From contig CM052832.1 of NCBI GenBank assembly GCA_028534125.1, forward strand, positions 18,354,001 through 18,418,000: a stretch of 64,000 nucleotides of DNA, given 5' to 3'. Numbering within the stretch: position 1 is the stretch's first letter; the number at the start of each line of letters is the position of its first letter. This DNA is from Lama glama (lineage: Eukaryota). A program made the translations under genes and the position numbers. The notes below the pieces were generated by a model. It did no database searches and was not told where the DNA came from. It saw only the letters and a program-made list of their open reading frames with translations. Positions 13,792 through 26,933 of the stretch are shown piece after piece.

Positions 13792-14384
13792 AACCAAGAG
13801 AATGTCCACAAGTAGTAGACTACATACGTAAATACAATGGGCTATGTATACAAATGAAATTTTAAACTGCAGTGCCTATCAACAAACTAGAGAGATCTCC
13901 ACACCAATATAATACAGAGGGATGGATCTTGTTCAAGGGGAAAAAGCAAGACACAAAAGATTAAATCCACTATGGGTTCGCATACATACATTTCAAAATC
14001 AGGACAAACTAAACCTTATTGCTATGGATACATATATAAATGATAAATCTGTGAATAAAAAGGCAAGGATATAATTTCAGTGAAAGTCCAGATAAAGAGC
14101 AGAAGGAGGCAACAGACAGTATCTGGATGTTAGGGAAACTCAGCACACATTTTTTAAAAAAATAAGCTTCATTATATTTTAAAGATTTTAAACGGGTTTG
14201 CTACTAATAAAGTAATCCATGCTTATGGTAGAAACTTTGAAAAGCCATTAAAGTTTTGACATAAGAATAAAAATCATCTCCATTTCCTCAACTTTGGAGA
14301 ATCTATGTCACATTTAGGTATATTTTCCCCTTCTGTCAAAAGTGTTATGATGACATACAGAGAGAAACTGTTTTTTGTTTTAAG

Positions 14385-16440
14385 GAAACTTTTTCTTTTG
14401 AACTAATTTTAGATTTACAGGAAAGCTGCAAAAATAGTACCAAAAAATTCCTTATATCCCTCAACTGGCTTCCCCTAATGTTAATGTCTTGTGTAACCAT
14501 AATCAGTTATGAAGAACTGGGAATGGACATTGGTAACATATTGTTAACTTAACTTTAGACTTTATTCAAATTTAACAAACTTTTCCACCAAGTACTTTTT
14601 CTGTACCAGAATCTTATTCAGGATCCCACATTGGCTTTACTTAATATTTGTCCTTAGTCTCTTCCAGTCTATAATGATTCCTTAGTCTATCCTTTTCTTT
14701 CATGGCCTTTACATTTTTGAAAAGTATCGATCAGTTAAAGAATGTCCCTTGATTTGAATTTGTCTGAAATTTTCTCAGCGTTGCAGTAGCTTATGCATTT
14801 TGCCAGGAAATATCACAAAAATGATAGTGTCCTCAATGCAAGGGCATCGTGATGTTGATAGATCTTACTACTTATGAGGCTTACTTTGCTCACTTAGTTA
14901 ATGCGGTGTCTCCTGGGTTTCTCCACTGTTAACTCACTACCTTTCTCTTTGTAGTAGATAGGTATCCTGGGGAAGATATTTGAAGACAATGCAAATCCCA
15001 ATTCTGCTTAAAGTTTTATTCAATGATTTTAGCATCCTGTGGATTTTATCTGCAGCAGGGAATAGTTGTCCCTTCTCCTTATGTATAAATTTATTTATGG
15101 ATATATATTTTGTCTATAAGTTAAAATCCAATATTATCCATTTTTATTTTGTTGCTCATGGTTACAGCTTCAGCCATTACTAGCTCCTTGGACTGGTTTG
15201 CATGGTTTTTTGTTTGTTTGTTTTATTTTGTTTTGTTTTCAACAAATTTTCATTCTGTTTTAAACATCTTACTTTCTGACACCACAAGGTGTTCCAGGCC
15301 CACCCTGTATTTTCCCTTCTCCAGCCTTGTTGTCTATCACTTCTCCAAGGAGACCTGGTTCTTTTGATTGGAGAACGATACTTAAGAACCAAAGATTGTC
15401 TGCCAGGTGTGCTAACTGCTTCTAGGGTGTCACTGCTCATAGGCCCTCTCAGCTGACAGTGCAAGACAGTATATGAATAAGTTAATTCATGTGCACACAC
15501 AGATATGTTTCTATATCTATAAAACTAGATATATTTCAAAATATGCATTTATATTAATATTTCTGATTCTAATCCAGTACAATGAGGTTTATTTTAGCCA
15601 AATACTTCTTTTTTCACTAGTGAGAACACTGGGTCTTATTTTCTACACCATATTTGCTTCTTTGTTCAATTCTAGTAGACACAAAAATAGTTTCAGAATT
15701 GGGGTTAACCCAAATTCCTAAGAGAAACACTTTCATTAGATTACAACCTTTATATATAGTTACTTTTGTCTTTGGTCTTATACTATCCGATCAAGATGCT
15801 GTTTTCTGCAGTTGCTTAAGTTAATTTTTATCTTCCCCAACCCCTTTAGTGTTGGTGTGTTGTTAATTAAATACAGTTTGGTCCATTTGTTAGGTGCTTA
15901 AATTCTATTTTGAGTTCCCCATACCTATTGCTTTTAATAGTTTGTTTATTTTGCTGCTATATGAAACAGTACTGTAGTTGTAAAAGTCACAGTTACACAA
16001 GAAGACATACTCAGAAAACTGTCAATCCCTTCTCATCCCTGAGACTCTGTTCTCATCTTCCTCTTCTTTCCACTCCTTCCTAACCCACACCCCTATTGTA
16101 GATAACCAATCTCATTCATTTTTAATTTATTCTTTCTGTGTATCTTTTGCACAAACAAGCCAAAAAATTTGTTTTCTTAGCTCCTTTTCATTTTGCTACA
16201 GAGGGTATCATACAGTAGATATTCTTTTGCAGTTAGCTTTTTCACTTAACCATGTAGCCTGGAATACATTCCTTCTTCATTCATAGGGATCTTCCTCGTT
16301 CATTATTGCAGCTGCATATTACTCAATTGTGCAGATGTGTCCTAGTTGATTCAATCACTTTTATATGTGGATATTAAAGCTCCTTCCAATATTTTACAGT
16401 TCCAAACGATGCTGCAATAAGTGAATAACCCTGGGTATGG
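14385..16440 (-). mobile_element. Old L1 (L1M-type) 3' region fragments
   Basis: T-rich text starting ttttgaactaattttagatttacaggaaagctgcaaaaatagtac, typical of antisense L1M 3' UTRs; boundaries approximate. Confidence 0.55.
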
Positions 16441-17985
16441 ACCCTCCCATTTTAATTATTGAATTAAACAAAACGAATCACAATTTCTGAAATAATAAAT
16501 AGCCCTTTAGAAGAAAACCTTTCCAGAAATGCTCTACATCAAAAACCAAGACAGAGTGCCTCTTAAAAGAGTTCACTAGGAGAAAGTCTGTACCAACAGA
16601 TAGAGATCTACAGGTGGTCTTCATGGTGTCACCATGACTGTGCTCATTCAACACGCCCCTTATGAGGAAGCTGGGGAGGGGCTAAGCAAAAAAGCACCCC
16701 TTCCCCAAACTCTCTTCAATAGTCCAATCATGGTAACCTACTAAAATAGAAAAATCCAGAAGCAAGCAGTTACAGTCCAGAATTTGGGAGTAAAAGGAAC
16801 CAAGCATAAGCTTCTCTTTCCTTTCAGCTTTTCTATAAATCACATTGTTCCTCTTAGCCCAGTTGCTATCATGTTCAAAATGGAAATGTTACAGAGGGCT
16901 CCCCATTTTTAATGACTCAGGGTTCCTTAGAGGCTTAAAAAAGTCAATAATAGGAAATTACTTTTTTAGTTTATTAGAGAGTAATACACTTGAGAATATA
17001 TCACGGCTACAAAAGTTCAAGAAATTGCATGAGGAAGACTCTGCCCACTCTGGCCATATGAGTTTATGCTGAAAAAAAATACATTTTACACCAAAGCACC
17101 GAGCACCCAGTCAAAAAGCTGTGTCCATAATTGAAACTACATGGGTTGGGCTCTGATATTTTATATTCTATTCTAGTTCATTAAAAAAAAACACACAGCA
17201 TTTTGGCCTTGTGCTACAAAATTGATTTCACAGCCTTTAATGATTATTCAGAACTGCAACCAGAAAAACTGTTCGTTAAAAGCATGTACTTTGAAGTCAG
17301 ACAGATGTGAGCTGGAATCTTGAATGCACATCTTACCAATAGTCTTCACAGGAGAATTTCTTAACCTATGTAAATCCATTTCCTTGTATATAAAATGGGT
17401 ATACCATCTAGCAGGATAAGAGTATATCTCTATCTTACTTTTTGCTGAGTAAGAATGCAGGTAGCACACAGTCCAGCAGCCAATAAATGGAAAACGTAAT
17501 TTTTATTAAGAATGATAAAATGTGACAAGAAGTGGGAATCTGTACTGGGGAATTCTGGTGGTTCACAGGCAACCAAGGTCCAATCTATCTGCTATAGATG
17601 GAGAACAACAAAGCAGAGGATCCTTTTCAGTTACTCTTCTTTCTTCTTCTCCAGCCCACTCTACTGCCCCGTTGGTTGTGAATCCAAGGAAGTCAGGATT
17701 ATAGTGTTGCTGCCCCCATCTTCCCAACTTGTGGTCATATCCAGCACTGACTTCTTTTTGAAGGTCTTGCAGGCAATTCAGAAATCCACAGGAACACTCA
17801 TGACAGGAGATACTTTTGACCTGTTGGTCAGATCCAAGTAAGAATGGCAGTGGTTCACAGAACTGGCTGGCATCAGAGACACCTGAGGACCTTGTTAAAT
17901 ATTCAGATTCTGAGACTCCCTGAAGTTATCCATTCACAATCATCTGGTGAAAGACTTTGGAATCTACATTTAAAACCCATGTACA

Positions 17986-18079
17986 GGGAGATGGATATAG
18001 CTCAATGGTATTAGAGCGCACGTGTAAGGTCCTGGGTTCAAATTGCAGTATCTCCATTAAAACAAACAAATAAACAAAC
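17986..18079 (+). mobile_element. tRNA-derived SINE (Vic-1-like), diverged copy
   Basis: tatagctcaatggta…aaggtcctgggttcaaattgcagtatctccatt plus an (AAAC)-rich tail. Confidence 0.75.
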
Positions 18080-19758
18080 ACATACGAACACCCTAAATAG
18101 TTCTGATATAGCTGATAGATCATCAGAGAAATGGAAACTTCTGTTGTTACTCTTATTTCAAATAAATGCTTGATGTAATAGTGGCAGATCCTCAATGCTT
18201 TCTTTAAGTCTGTCATAGTTTTATTTGTAGAAAACACCATGCTCTGTAGGAGATGAGCATGAGTTAAAAGAACACAGAATTTAAAGAGCTAAATAGCGCC
18301 AAGTCAGAAGTAGTATGGAATACATAGAATAAAGCAAGGCATTTAAGAGGAAACTTCAATGTATTCTGAAAATTTCAACTATTTAGGGGAGTGGCTTTGT
18401 TTGTTATTGAAAATGAATATAACTCCACTACTCTAGGATCAAGTATCCACAAAATCAGTTTCCTTAGCAACCATCAATTGGTCTGTTTTGGAACCTTATC
18501 CCCTCTCTTTTTATTTTAATATATACAAAGAGTATATTTTATTTTTCACTAGCATGCAAAAATTACTTTAAAAATGTTTACACAATAAGGCTTTACAAAC
18601 GATAATTTACGTTTCTTTTATACCAGATTCAGCATTATTTTAAATGAGACTGTGAAATATTTTATTAATGTTGTATCAAAGATATATATTCTCCTTTATT
18701 TCAATAGTAGAGACTGTTGTGTATGGAGAAGATTTGAGGCAATGGAACCAAACTTAATGTGATATCCAATGCTATGTTACAATCAGCCACACCCACAGAA
18801 TTGTATCATACCACCTTATAGCACCAGCTAAAATTGTATTTTATTTCAAATGGCTTGCAGTTTTAAAAGAGAATCCCATCCAGACCAGTTTCCAGGAATA
18901 ATTTCCTTTGCTGAGTTTTCATTGCCAACATGTACTCTTTGTTGATTGCCAATGTGTACTACCTAAACAAAACCACTATTTTCAGAGAACTTGCAAAGGA
19001 TGACTTCATAGGACAAGAACTTAACTTGGATGGTCCTCCAAAGCTCGGCTTCTAAGATAGAAATCTGAACTTTTCATTCAATCCTACACGTAACTGTTTT
19101 CTTTTTTTGTGGAGCTCTGGGAAGCATAGGGCCATAGTCTTCAAGACTGAAGCCATATTTGCTATGTGGAGTAGTCATTCATCTGTTATTTAGTGATAGG
19201 AGAGTCTGGGTTTCTCTAGTAATGGAAATAGATATGTTATACTCTGTATTACTCATTTAGTTCCTTCTTATGATCAACACTTGAATTTCATTTCTAGAAA
19301 GTATAATACTATTTGATCCTGAAGCACAAGCCAGAAGAATTCAGTAACACAGCAGACAAATACTTCAAAGTGTGCCTCCACTTCCAGTGACTTTATGGAC
19401 ATCTTCATGTTATTTGAAAATTAATCATTTTCCATCTGTGTGCCCTGACTATTTTGGACCCCCTCCTTTTCCAAATATCTTGAATTCAGAGTATCTAAAC
19501 TCATGGAGCAGTTGTCCAGAGGAAGAGAAGCAACAGCCCCGCCCCCAACCCTTGGGAACAGAAAGGAAAAGAATTATCCTAAGGAATTGTTTAAAAACCC
19601 TGATGCAGTAGACAGAAATAAAACGATGGCTGCATAGATTGATGTCCCAGGGGTCCAAAATTTAACCCCATATGGTCAATAATCTGTTTAGCATTAAACT
19701 AAACCAGTTTGATGAACTCAAATGCCCTCGGCTCAATAGTCAGGACTCTCCGAGGAGC

Positions 19759-20207
19759 CTGTGTTACTTCCATCACTTAAGCGCAGATTTGTAATAAAAA
19801 TCTTAATGTCAGTGACATGGTTCTTGGACATATAAGAACCTAACCACTTGGAGAATCATACTTGAGGGGTCAGAAAACTCCAGAGTTAAAGATCGGTTTA
19901 TAATTTACGAAGAAAATAGAAAGTTTTGTTTCTCTGAGTTGAAATTTGACGAGCACGGCGGGAAATATTGCTGGTTTTTGGCATAAGGTTTTGTGCTTTC
20001 CTCCTAATTTGAGACCTGTGTGAAGCCTGAGGCTTCGGGGATCATTTTCTGAGAAAAATCGGGCAATTCGGTGTAGAGAATTTTGATATTTTTGGCATTT
20101 TTTGAGGTGTAACAAACACAACTCGGGATCCGAGAGGACACTCTGAGGCTGCCAGCGAGGCGGGCTGGACAGCGCACCAATCACGGCGCAGCTCCGCCCT
20201 ATATAAA
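19759..20207 (+). promoter_or_regulatory. H1-4 promoter: TG box, palindrome, H1/AC box, GC box, CCAAT, TATA
   Basis: TGTGTTA 19760..19766; GAAGCCTGAGGCTTC 20022..20036; AAACACA 20114..20120; GAGGCGGGC 20157..20165; CCAAT 20177..20181; TATATAAA 20200..20207. Confidence 0.9.
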
Positions 20208-20291
20208 CGGGCGGGCGCAGCGCCGCGGCCCGAGTCCCGGCCAGTGCCTCTGCTTCCGGCTCGAATTGCTCTCCCCACGCCTGTCTTCAAC

Positions 20292-20948
20292 ATGTCCGAG
20301 ACTGCGCCCGCCGCACCAGCTGCTCCGGCCCCTGCCGAGAAAACGCCAGTGAAGAAAAAGGCCCGTAAGTCTGCAGGTGCAGCGAAGCGTAAAGCGTCTG
20401 GGCCCCCGGTGTCCGAGCTCATCACCAAGGCTGTCGCCGCTTCCAAGGAGCGCAGTGGCGTATCCTTGGCTGCGCTCAAGAAGGCGCTAGCGGCCGCTGG
20501 CTACGACGTGGAAAAGAACAACAGCCGCATCAAGTTGGGTCTCAAGAGCCTGGTGAGCAAGGGCACCCTGGTTCAGACCAAGGGCACTGGCGCCTCAGGC
20601 TCTTTCAAGCTCAACAAGAAGGCAGCTACTGGTGAAGCCAAGCCCAAGGCCAAGAAGGCGGGCGCGGCCAAACCCAAGAAGCCCGCAGGAGCTAAGAAGC
20701 CCAAGAAGGCGACTGGGGCTGCCACCCCCAAGAAGAGCGCCAAGAAGACCCCAAAGAAGGCGAAGAAGCCTGCTGCGGCTGCAGGAGCCAAAAAAGCAAA
20801 GAGCCCGAAAAAGGCAAAAGCAGCCAAGCCTAAGAAAGCACCCAAGAGCCCAGCGAAGGCCAAAGCGGTGAAACCCAAGGCGGCTAAACCAAAGACCGCC
20901 AAGCCCAAGGCAGCCAAGCCAAAGAAGGCGGCAGCCAAGAAGAAGTAG
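20292..20948 (+). CDS. H1-4: Linker histone H1.4 (H1e), 218 aa, intronless
   Basis: [46 protein letters not shown]-terminus is diagnostic of H1.4; globular domain and Lys/Ala/Pro tail. True ATG is 20292; the ORF-track GTG at 20244 lies in the leader. Confidence 0.95.
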   Translation: MSETAPAAPAAPAPAEKTPVKKKARKSAGAAKRKASGPPVSELITKAVAASKERSGVSLAALKKALAAAGYDVEKNNSRIKLGLKSLVSKGTLVQTKGTGASGSFKLNKKAATGEAKPKAKKAGAAKPKKPAGAKKPKKATGAATPKKSAKKTPKKAKKPAAAAGAKKAKSPKKAKAAKPKKAPKSPAKAKAVKPKAAKPKTAKPKAAKPKKAAAKKK

Positions 20949-20992
20949 GAAGTTCCTTTGGCCAACTGCTTCGAAGCTCAACACAACCCAAA

Positions 20993-21035
20993 GGCTCTTT
21001 TCAGAGCCACCCACTGATCTCAGGAAAAGAGCTGT
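20993..21035 (+). terminator. Histone 3' stem-loop and U7 histone downstream element (H1-4)
   Basis: GGCTCTTTTCAGAGCC 20993..21008 followed by ACCCA; AAAGAGCTGT 21026..21035. Confidence 0.97.
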
Positions 21036-21404
21036 TGCACACTGGAAGGGGGCGTGGCCGGGAGGAGGCGGCCAGTGATAGGCGGGCCTTCGGGGATTGG
21101 GATACGAGGTGCTGCTTAACTCAGCGCCTCCTGTAATATGCAGGCGCTTTCTAGAGCGGTTCTCAGCGTCGGTGTATGGGGAAACGGGGTTGAGCATTAT
21201 ACCTTGTTTCGGCCTCCGGAGCCCTGAGAAAAAGGATACGGAGTCGGTAGTTCACCCATGTCGCCTTAACAGAAAAGTGTAGAGGGCAAACGTGTCCTCG
21301 TTTCCGGCTTTTCCGTCACTATACTGTCTGTTAGATGAGTTACCCAAATGTAACTTTACCTGTAGCAGAAAAAATTTAAAATTTAAACTTCACTCAAAAG
21401 TTAC

Positions 21405-21678
21405 TAGGACTTTAGATAAGATTAAGCAGTGCTTTGAGAGGGTTACTAACTTGGCACGGCGAAGGTGTTGGTTCCGAATGGTTAGCACCTGCAAGCCAGA
21501 TAAAGCGTTTACAAACCACAGCCTTGACTACCCGCCCCAGCTGGACATAAACGTGGCCCCTATGTGCCGGTAGCCAGAATCAATGCAGGAAATAACTCGT
21601 AGCTAACAAAGTTGCCACCGGGTATAAACAAAACTCGCAAGCAATTCAGTTTTGCCTGCTTGCCTTCATTTCAGAAAC
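21405..21678 (-). pseudogene. Possible highly decayed H2A relic, divergent from H2BC5
   Basis: Several short colinear patches resemble the H2AC6 CDS in this window (see findings). Compared by eye only. Confidence 0.35.
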
Positions 21679-21730
21679 AGCTGGATATGTTAGTCTATTT
21701 CTACTAGCTATGGGTAGTCTAGTCTACGCC

Positions 21731-22174
<444 letters not shown>

Positions 22175-22674
22175 NNNNNNNNNNNNNNNNNNNNNNNNNN
22201 NNNNNNNNNNNNNNNNNNNNNNNNNNNNNNNNNNNNNNNNNNNNNNNNNNNNNNNNNNNNNNNNNNNNNNNNNNNNNNNNNNNNNNNNNNNNNNNNNNNN
22301 NNNNNNNNNNNNNNNNNNNNNNNNNNNNNNNNNNNNNNNNNNNNNNNNNNNNNNNNNNNNNNNNNNNNNNNNNNNNNNNNNNNNNNNNNNNNNNNNNNNN
22401 NNNNNNNNNNNNNNNNNNNNNNNNNNNNNNNNNNNNNNNNNNNNNNNNNNNNNNNNNNNNNNNNNNNNNNNNNNNNNNNNNNNNNNNNNNNNNNNNNNNN
22501 NNNNNNNNNNNNNNNNNNNNNNNNNNNNNNNNNNNNNNNNNNNNNNNNNNNNNNNNNNNNNNNNNNNNNNNNNNNNNNNNNNNNNNNNNNNNNNNNNNNN
22601 NNNNNNNNNNNNNNNNNNNNNNNNNNNNNNNNNNNNNNNNNNNNNNNNNNNNNNNNNNNNNNNNNNNNNNNNNN
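22175..22674. other. Assembly gap (500 N) starting inside the H2B coding sequence
   Basis: Run of exactly 500 N. Confidence 0.99.
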
Positions 22675-23391
22675 TTTATTGCCCACTAGAGAATTTTCCC
22701 AAAAGGTAACTAGGGCTTTTGGATATAAACAGTGACATTTCAAAGTAGGAGGCAAGGAAGTATGTTATGTTGGAGAGAGGAAGGTAGGCCAGAGCTCTGG
22801 ACATTAGCACAGGAATGTCCTTTGCTTGGGGAACAGCAGTATCTCTTGGTCAATTGGCACCTTACGTGTTTCTTTGAAGTTCCCAAACTAAGTTGCTGAA
22901 GCATATTAGGTTTTCAGAAGGGACTTTTTTTTTTTTTTTTTTTTACCGGTAAGAGATGTTATTAGCAGTCTGTTAGTCTGGTGAATAATTAATAGCTCCT
23001 GGTAATAAACTGACCCTCTAGAACAAAGTGCTTCCTGATGGCCCAGTAACCGACTCAGCTCAACATTTACTCAATGTCCAATTATCAAATGTTTATTGTA
23101 GGCCAGAATCTATGCTAACTATCAACAATTTAACAAGATGGTGCCCTTGACCTTAAGGAGGTCTTGCTGAAGATGAAACAAACACAATTAGCACAACATA
23201 TCTTTCACTCGTAAATAATCAAAGTTTTGTTATTGGAGACCAGAGAGGAAAATTCAAATTCAAGTCTTCTCTTACTCCTTTCTTCACTCACCACAATAAA
23301 TTTCCTTACCAAGTCCCATAGCTCTTTACCAAACCACCTCCCCACGTCTCCCCTGTTTCACTTATCACACACTAAATCTAAAGTGTATTGG

Positions 23392-23637
23392 CTTACCAGG
23401 AGGGAAAGGGGATGGGAAGGGACAAATTAGAAGTTCAAGATTTGCAGATACTAACTACTATACATAAAATAAACAAATTTATACTGGTTAGAGCACAGGG
23501 AACTACAGTCACTATCTTGTAGTAACCTACAATGAAAAAGAATATGAAGATGAATATATGTATGTATATGTAGGAACTATTATGCTGTACACCAGAAATT
23601 GACACACTGTAAACTGACTATACTTCAATAATTTTAA
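23392..23637 (+). mobile_element. 5'-truncated L1 3' fragment with TSD
   Basis: 12-bp TSD AAAGTGTATTGG at 23380..23391 and 23638..23649; ends …tgtaaactgactatacttcaata. Confidence 0.82.
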
Positions 23638-25664
23638 AAAGTGTATTGGTTAACACAAAAATGTGTAGCTAACTCACTGACAAGATTTACCTCCCTCCCT
23701 CTTTGTAGATTCCAGGGAGATCATCTCTCCTCCTTCCCTTAAAATTTTCAAAGTTTAGGATGCAAACAGAGACATTCTGGTATGTGAGCAGTTAAACTCA
23801 TTGAGTTTTTTTCTCGTTTCATTTTTCTGACAGTGATCTCTTAGGGAGCAGTTGGTTATAGAATAGCCAGTGGCTTCCTGACCTTGGAACTTAGACAAAT
23901 TGTTTATGCTCTCTTCCTGTTTCCTCATCTTTAAAATTGGGGTAGGGATAGTACGCATCTCTAAGACTGCTGGGTTAAATTAATATGCTGGAAGCATGGA
24001 GAAATGTACCTAACACACAGTAAGTGCTTAGTAAGTGCCAAGTAAGGGTACTCTTGAGCACCCTTTGTTCTAATTTCAGAAACTACACTGCTGAGCCCAC
24101 TCTTTTCATCACAAGACAAGCAAAGGTATGTAAGAAAAAATCGACACAGGGAGAAGTTGATCACCTAGCCCAAGGTCACACACCTAGGAAGTGTTAGAGC
24201 TGGGTTCAAAGGCAATTTGGAAAGTCAATAAATAAAGTGTCCCAGGGTCCACATAAAACAATTGCAATCTAAGGAAACAAGTTCTCCAACAAGTTCCAAG
24301 AAAGAAATGCTGCGCAGAAAGAACCCGGTCCTCTCGGTGGACCCCTGCCTGAAATGCTGTTAGGCCAAACCGTGATTTTTCAGGCTGACTACTGTTAAAA
24401 ACTCAGGAGATTCTAACGTGTGGCCATTAAGGTGCTCACTTCTTTTTCTACCACTTTGCCTTCAAACACCCAGACACTAGCCTGCTCTTTGGATGGTAGT
24501 TTCAAGGCCCGAGTGAGGGTGGGGGTGGGGGGTGGAGAGGTAGCGTGGGAGGGAGCCGAGAGCGGGGAGACTGCCTCAAGACTATGGGATATGTGTGCCA
24601 GCGTTGGGAGGAGGAAGGCGCGTCCGCGGGAACCAGCTTCTATTTAGATTCTCCCTGTACACTCGGATTTGAATGCTTGAAAAGAAGGATTCTGCTCAAA
24701 AGGCTTCAGCGAAGCTCCACGAGTCTTTGAATGAGGTTGCGTCTCCCTAGGCCGCCAAGGTCCCGAGCTTTGGCCCACTCAGCCGCATTACAAACCGAGT
24801 CATCCAGAAGAAAATCTTGATGAGACAACCCTGGAAAACAGGATCTAGGAATTTTTGGACAGTCCCAGATCGACACTTTTGGGTTGGAGCAGCAAATATA
24901 CCCGATCCCTAGTAAACTGTCTTGGGGAGGCCTGCTGCCCTACTCTACCCCTTTTGGGTCTGCATTCGGAACCTAGGTATTCGCACCTCTTAATAGAAAT
25001 TACACGTAGTTCGTTGAAGGTCAGGCGCTGATCTAGACTAGGGATCTTAAGGGGTTTAATTATCAAGAAAAAATCTAAAAATATAATCACCCTACTCAGT
25101 TTACATGTGACAAAACTACCAGGTTATAAATTAGCCCCAAATCTGTAAACGAGGGAGACGCCACAACTCGAGTCTAGGTTCAGTCTGTAATGAGCTACAC
25201 CATGTTAACTCCGGCAATCAATTTTTCAGAAGCCCCTTTCAATCCCCTTAAAAGTCTCAAAAAGTACTTTTAAAGTTAGGAGCAGAGGACCCAACCCCCA
25301 TACAGGATTAGAGGTTACAGGATTAGGGAAAGCGAGAGGCTTGCAGCCTAAAACTAGGCGTCTACGTGTCTAGCTATTACACGCGAGACACTTACTCTCA
25401 ACATCCAAGTAGTGTGCCAGAGTTCAGAGATCACGTTAAGACTATACCTAGATGTTACTAATTTAATTTGACTGTCACATAATACTTAGCTACTTCGTGA
25501 GTATATTCAAACTTCCACCAATTTATCACTTTCTTCAAAAGCAGACCAATTTCTAGAAACCCATTAGGGCTTCTTTCAAGCCCTAAATGCTTACTCGTTT
25601 AGGAAAGTTAATTTACTAACTTACCTTTCATCTACTTTTCTGTTTAGCTTTATATAGCGACATA

Positions 25665-25706
25665 GAGCTCTCCTTTTGAAGCAGTGGGGGGGCTCTGAAA
25701 AGAGCC
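25665..25706 (-). terminator. Histone 3' stem-loop and HDE (H2AC6)
   Basis: Minus strand GGCTCTTTTCAGAGCC (25706..25691), followed by CCCCCA rather than ACCCA; HDE AAAAGGAGAGCT around 25677..25666. Confidence 0.95.
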
Positions 25707-25749
25707 TTTGGGTTTTAAAGCACTTCGGGAGATTCAGGTCCCTGTCGAA

Positions 25750-26858
<1,109 letters not shown>

Positions 26859-26892
26859 ACTTGTCAAGTAAGCGTCTACACCTAACCCCAAA

Positions 26893-26933
26893 GGCTCTTT
26901 TAAGAGCCACCCACGTATACACAAAAAGAGCTG
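26893..26933 (+). terminator. Histone 3' stem-loop and HDE (H2BC4)
   Basis: GGCTCTTTTAAGAGCC 26893..26908 plus ACCCA; AAAGAGCTG 26925..26933. Confidence 0.97.

Noticed and set aside
20042..21197. Antisense and alternative-frame ORFs over H1-4 (also over H2A, H2B, H1t, H4 and H1-2)
   Set aside because: Shadows of GC-rich, Lys/Ala-biased histone codons.
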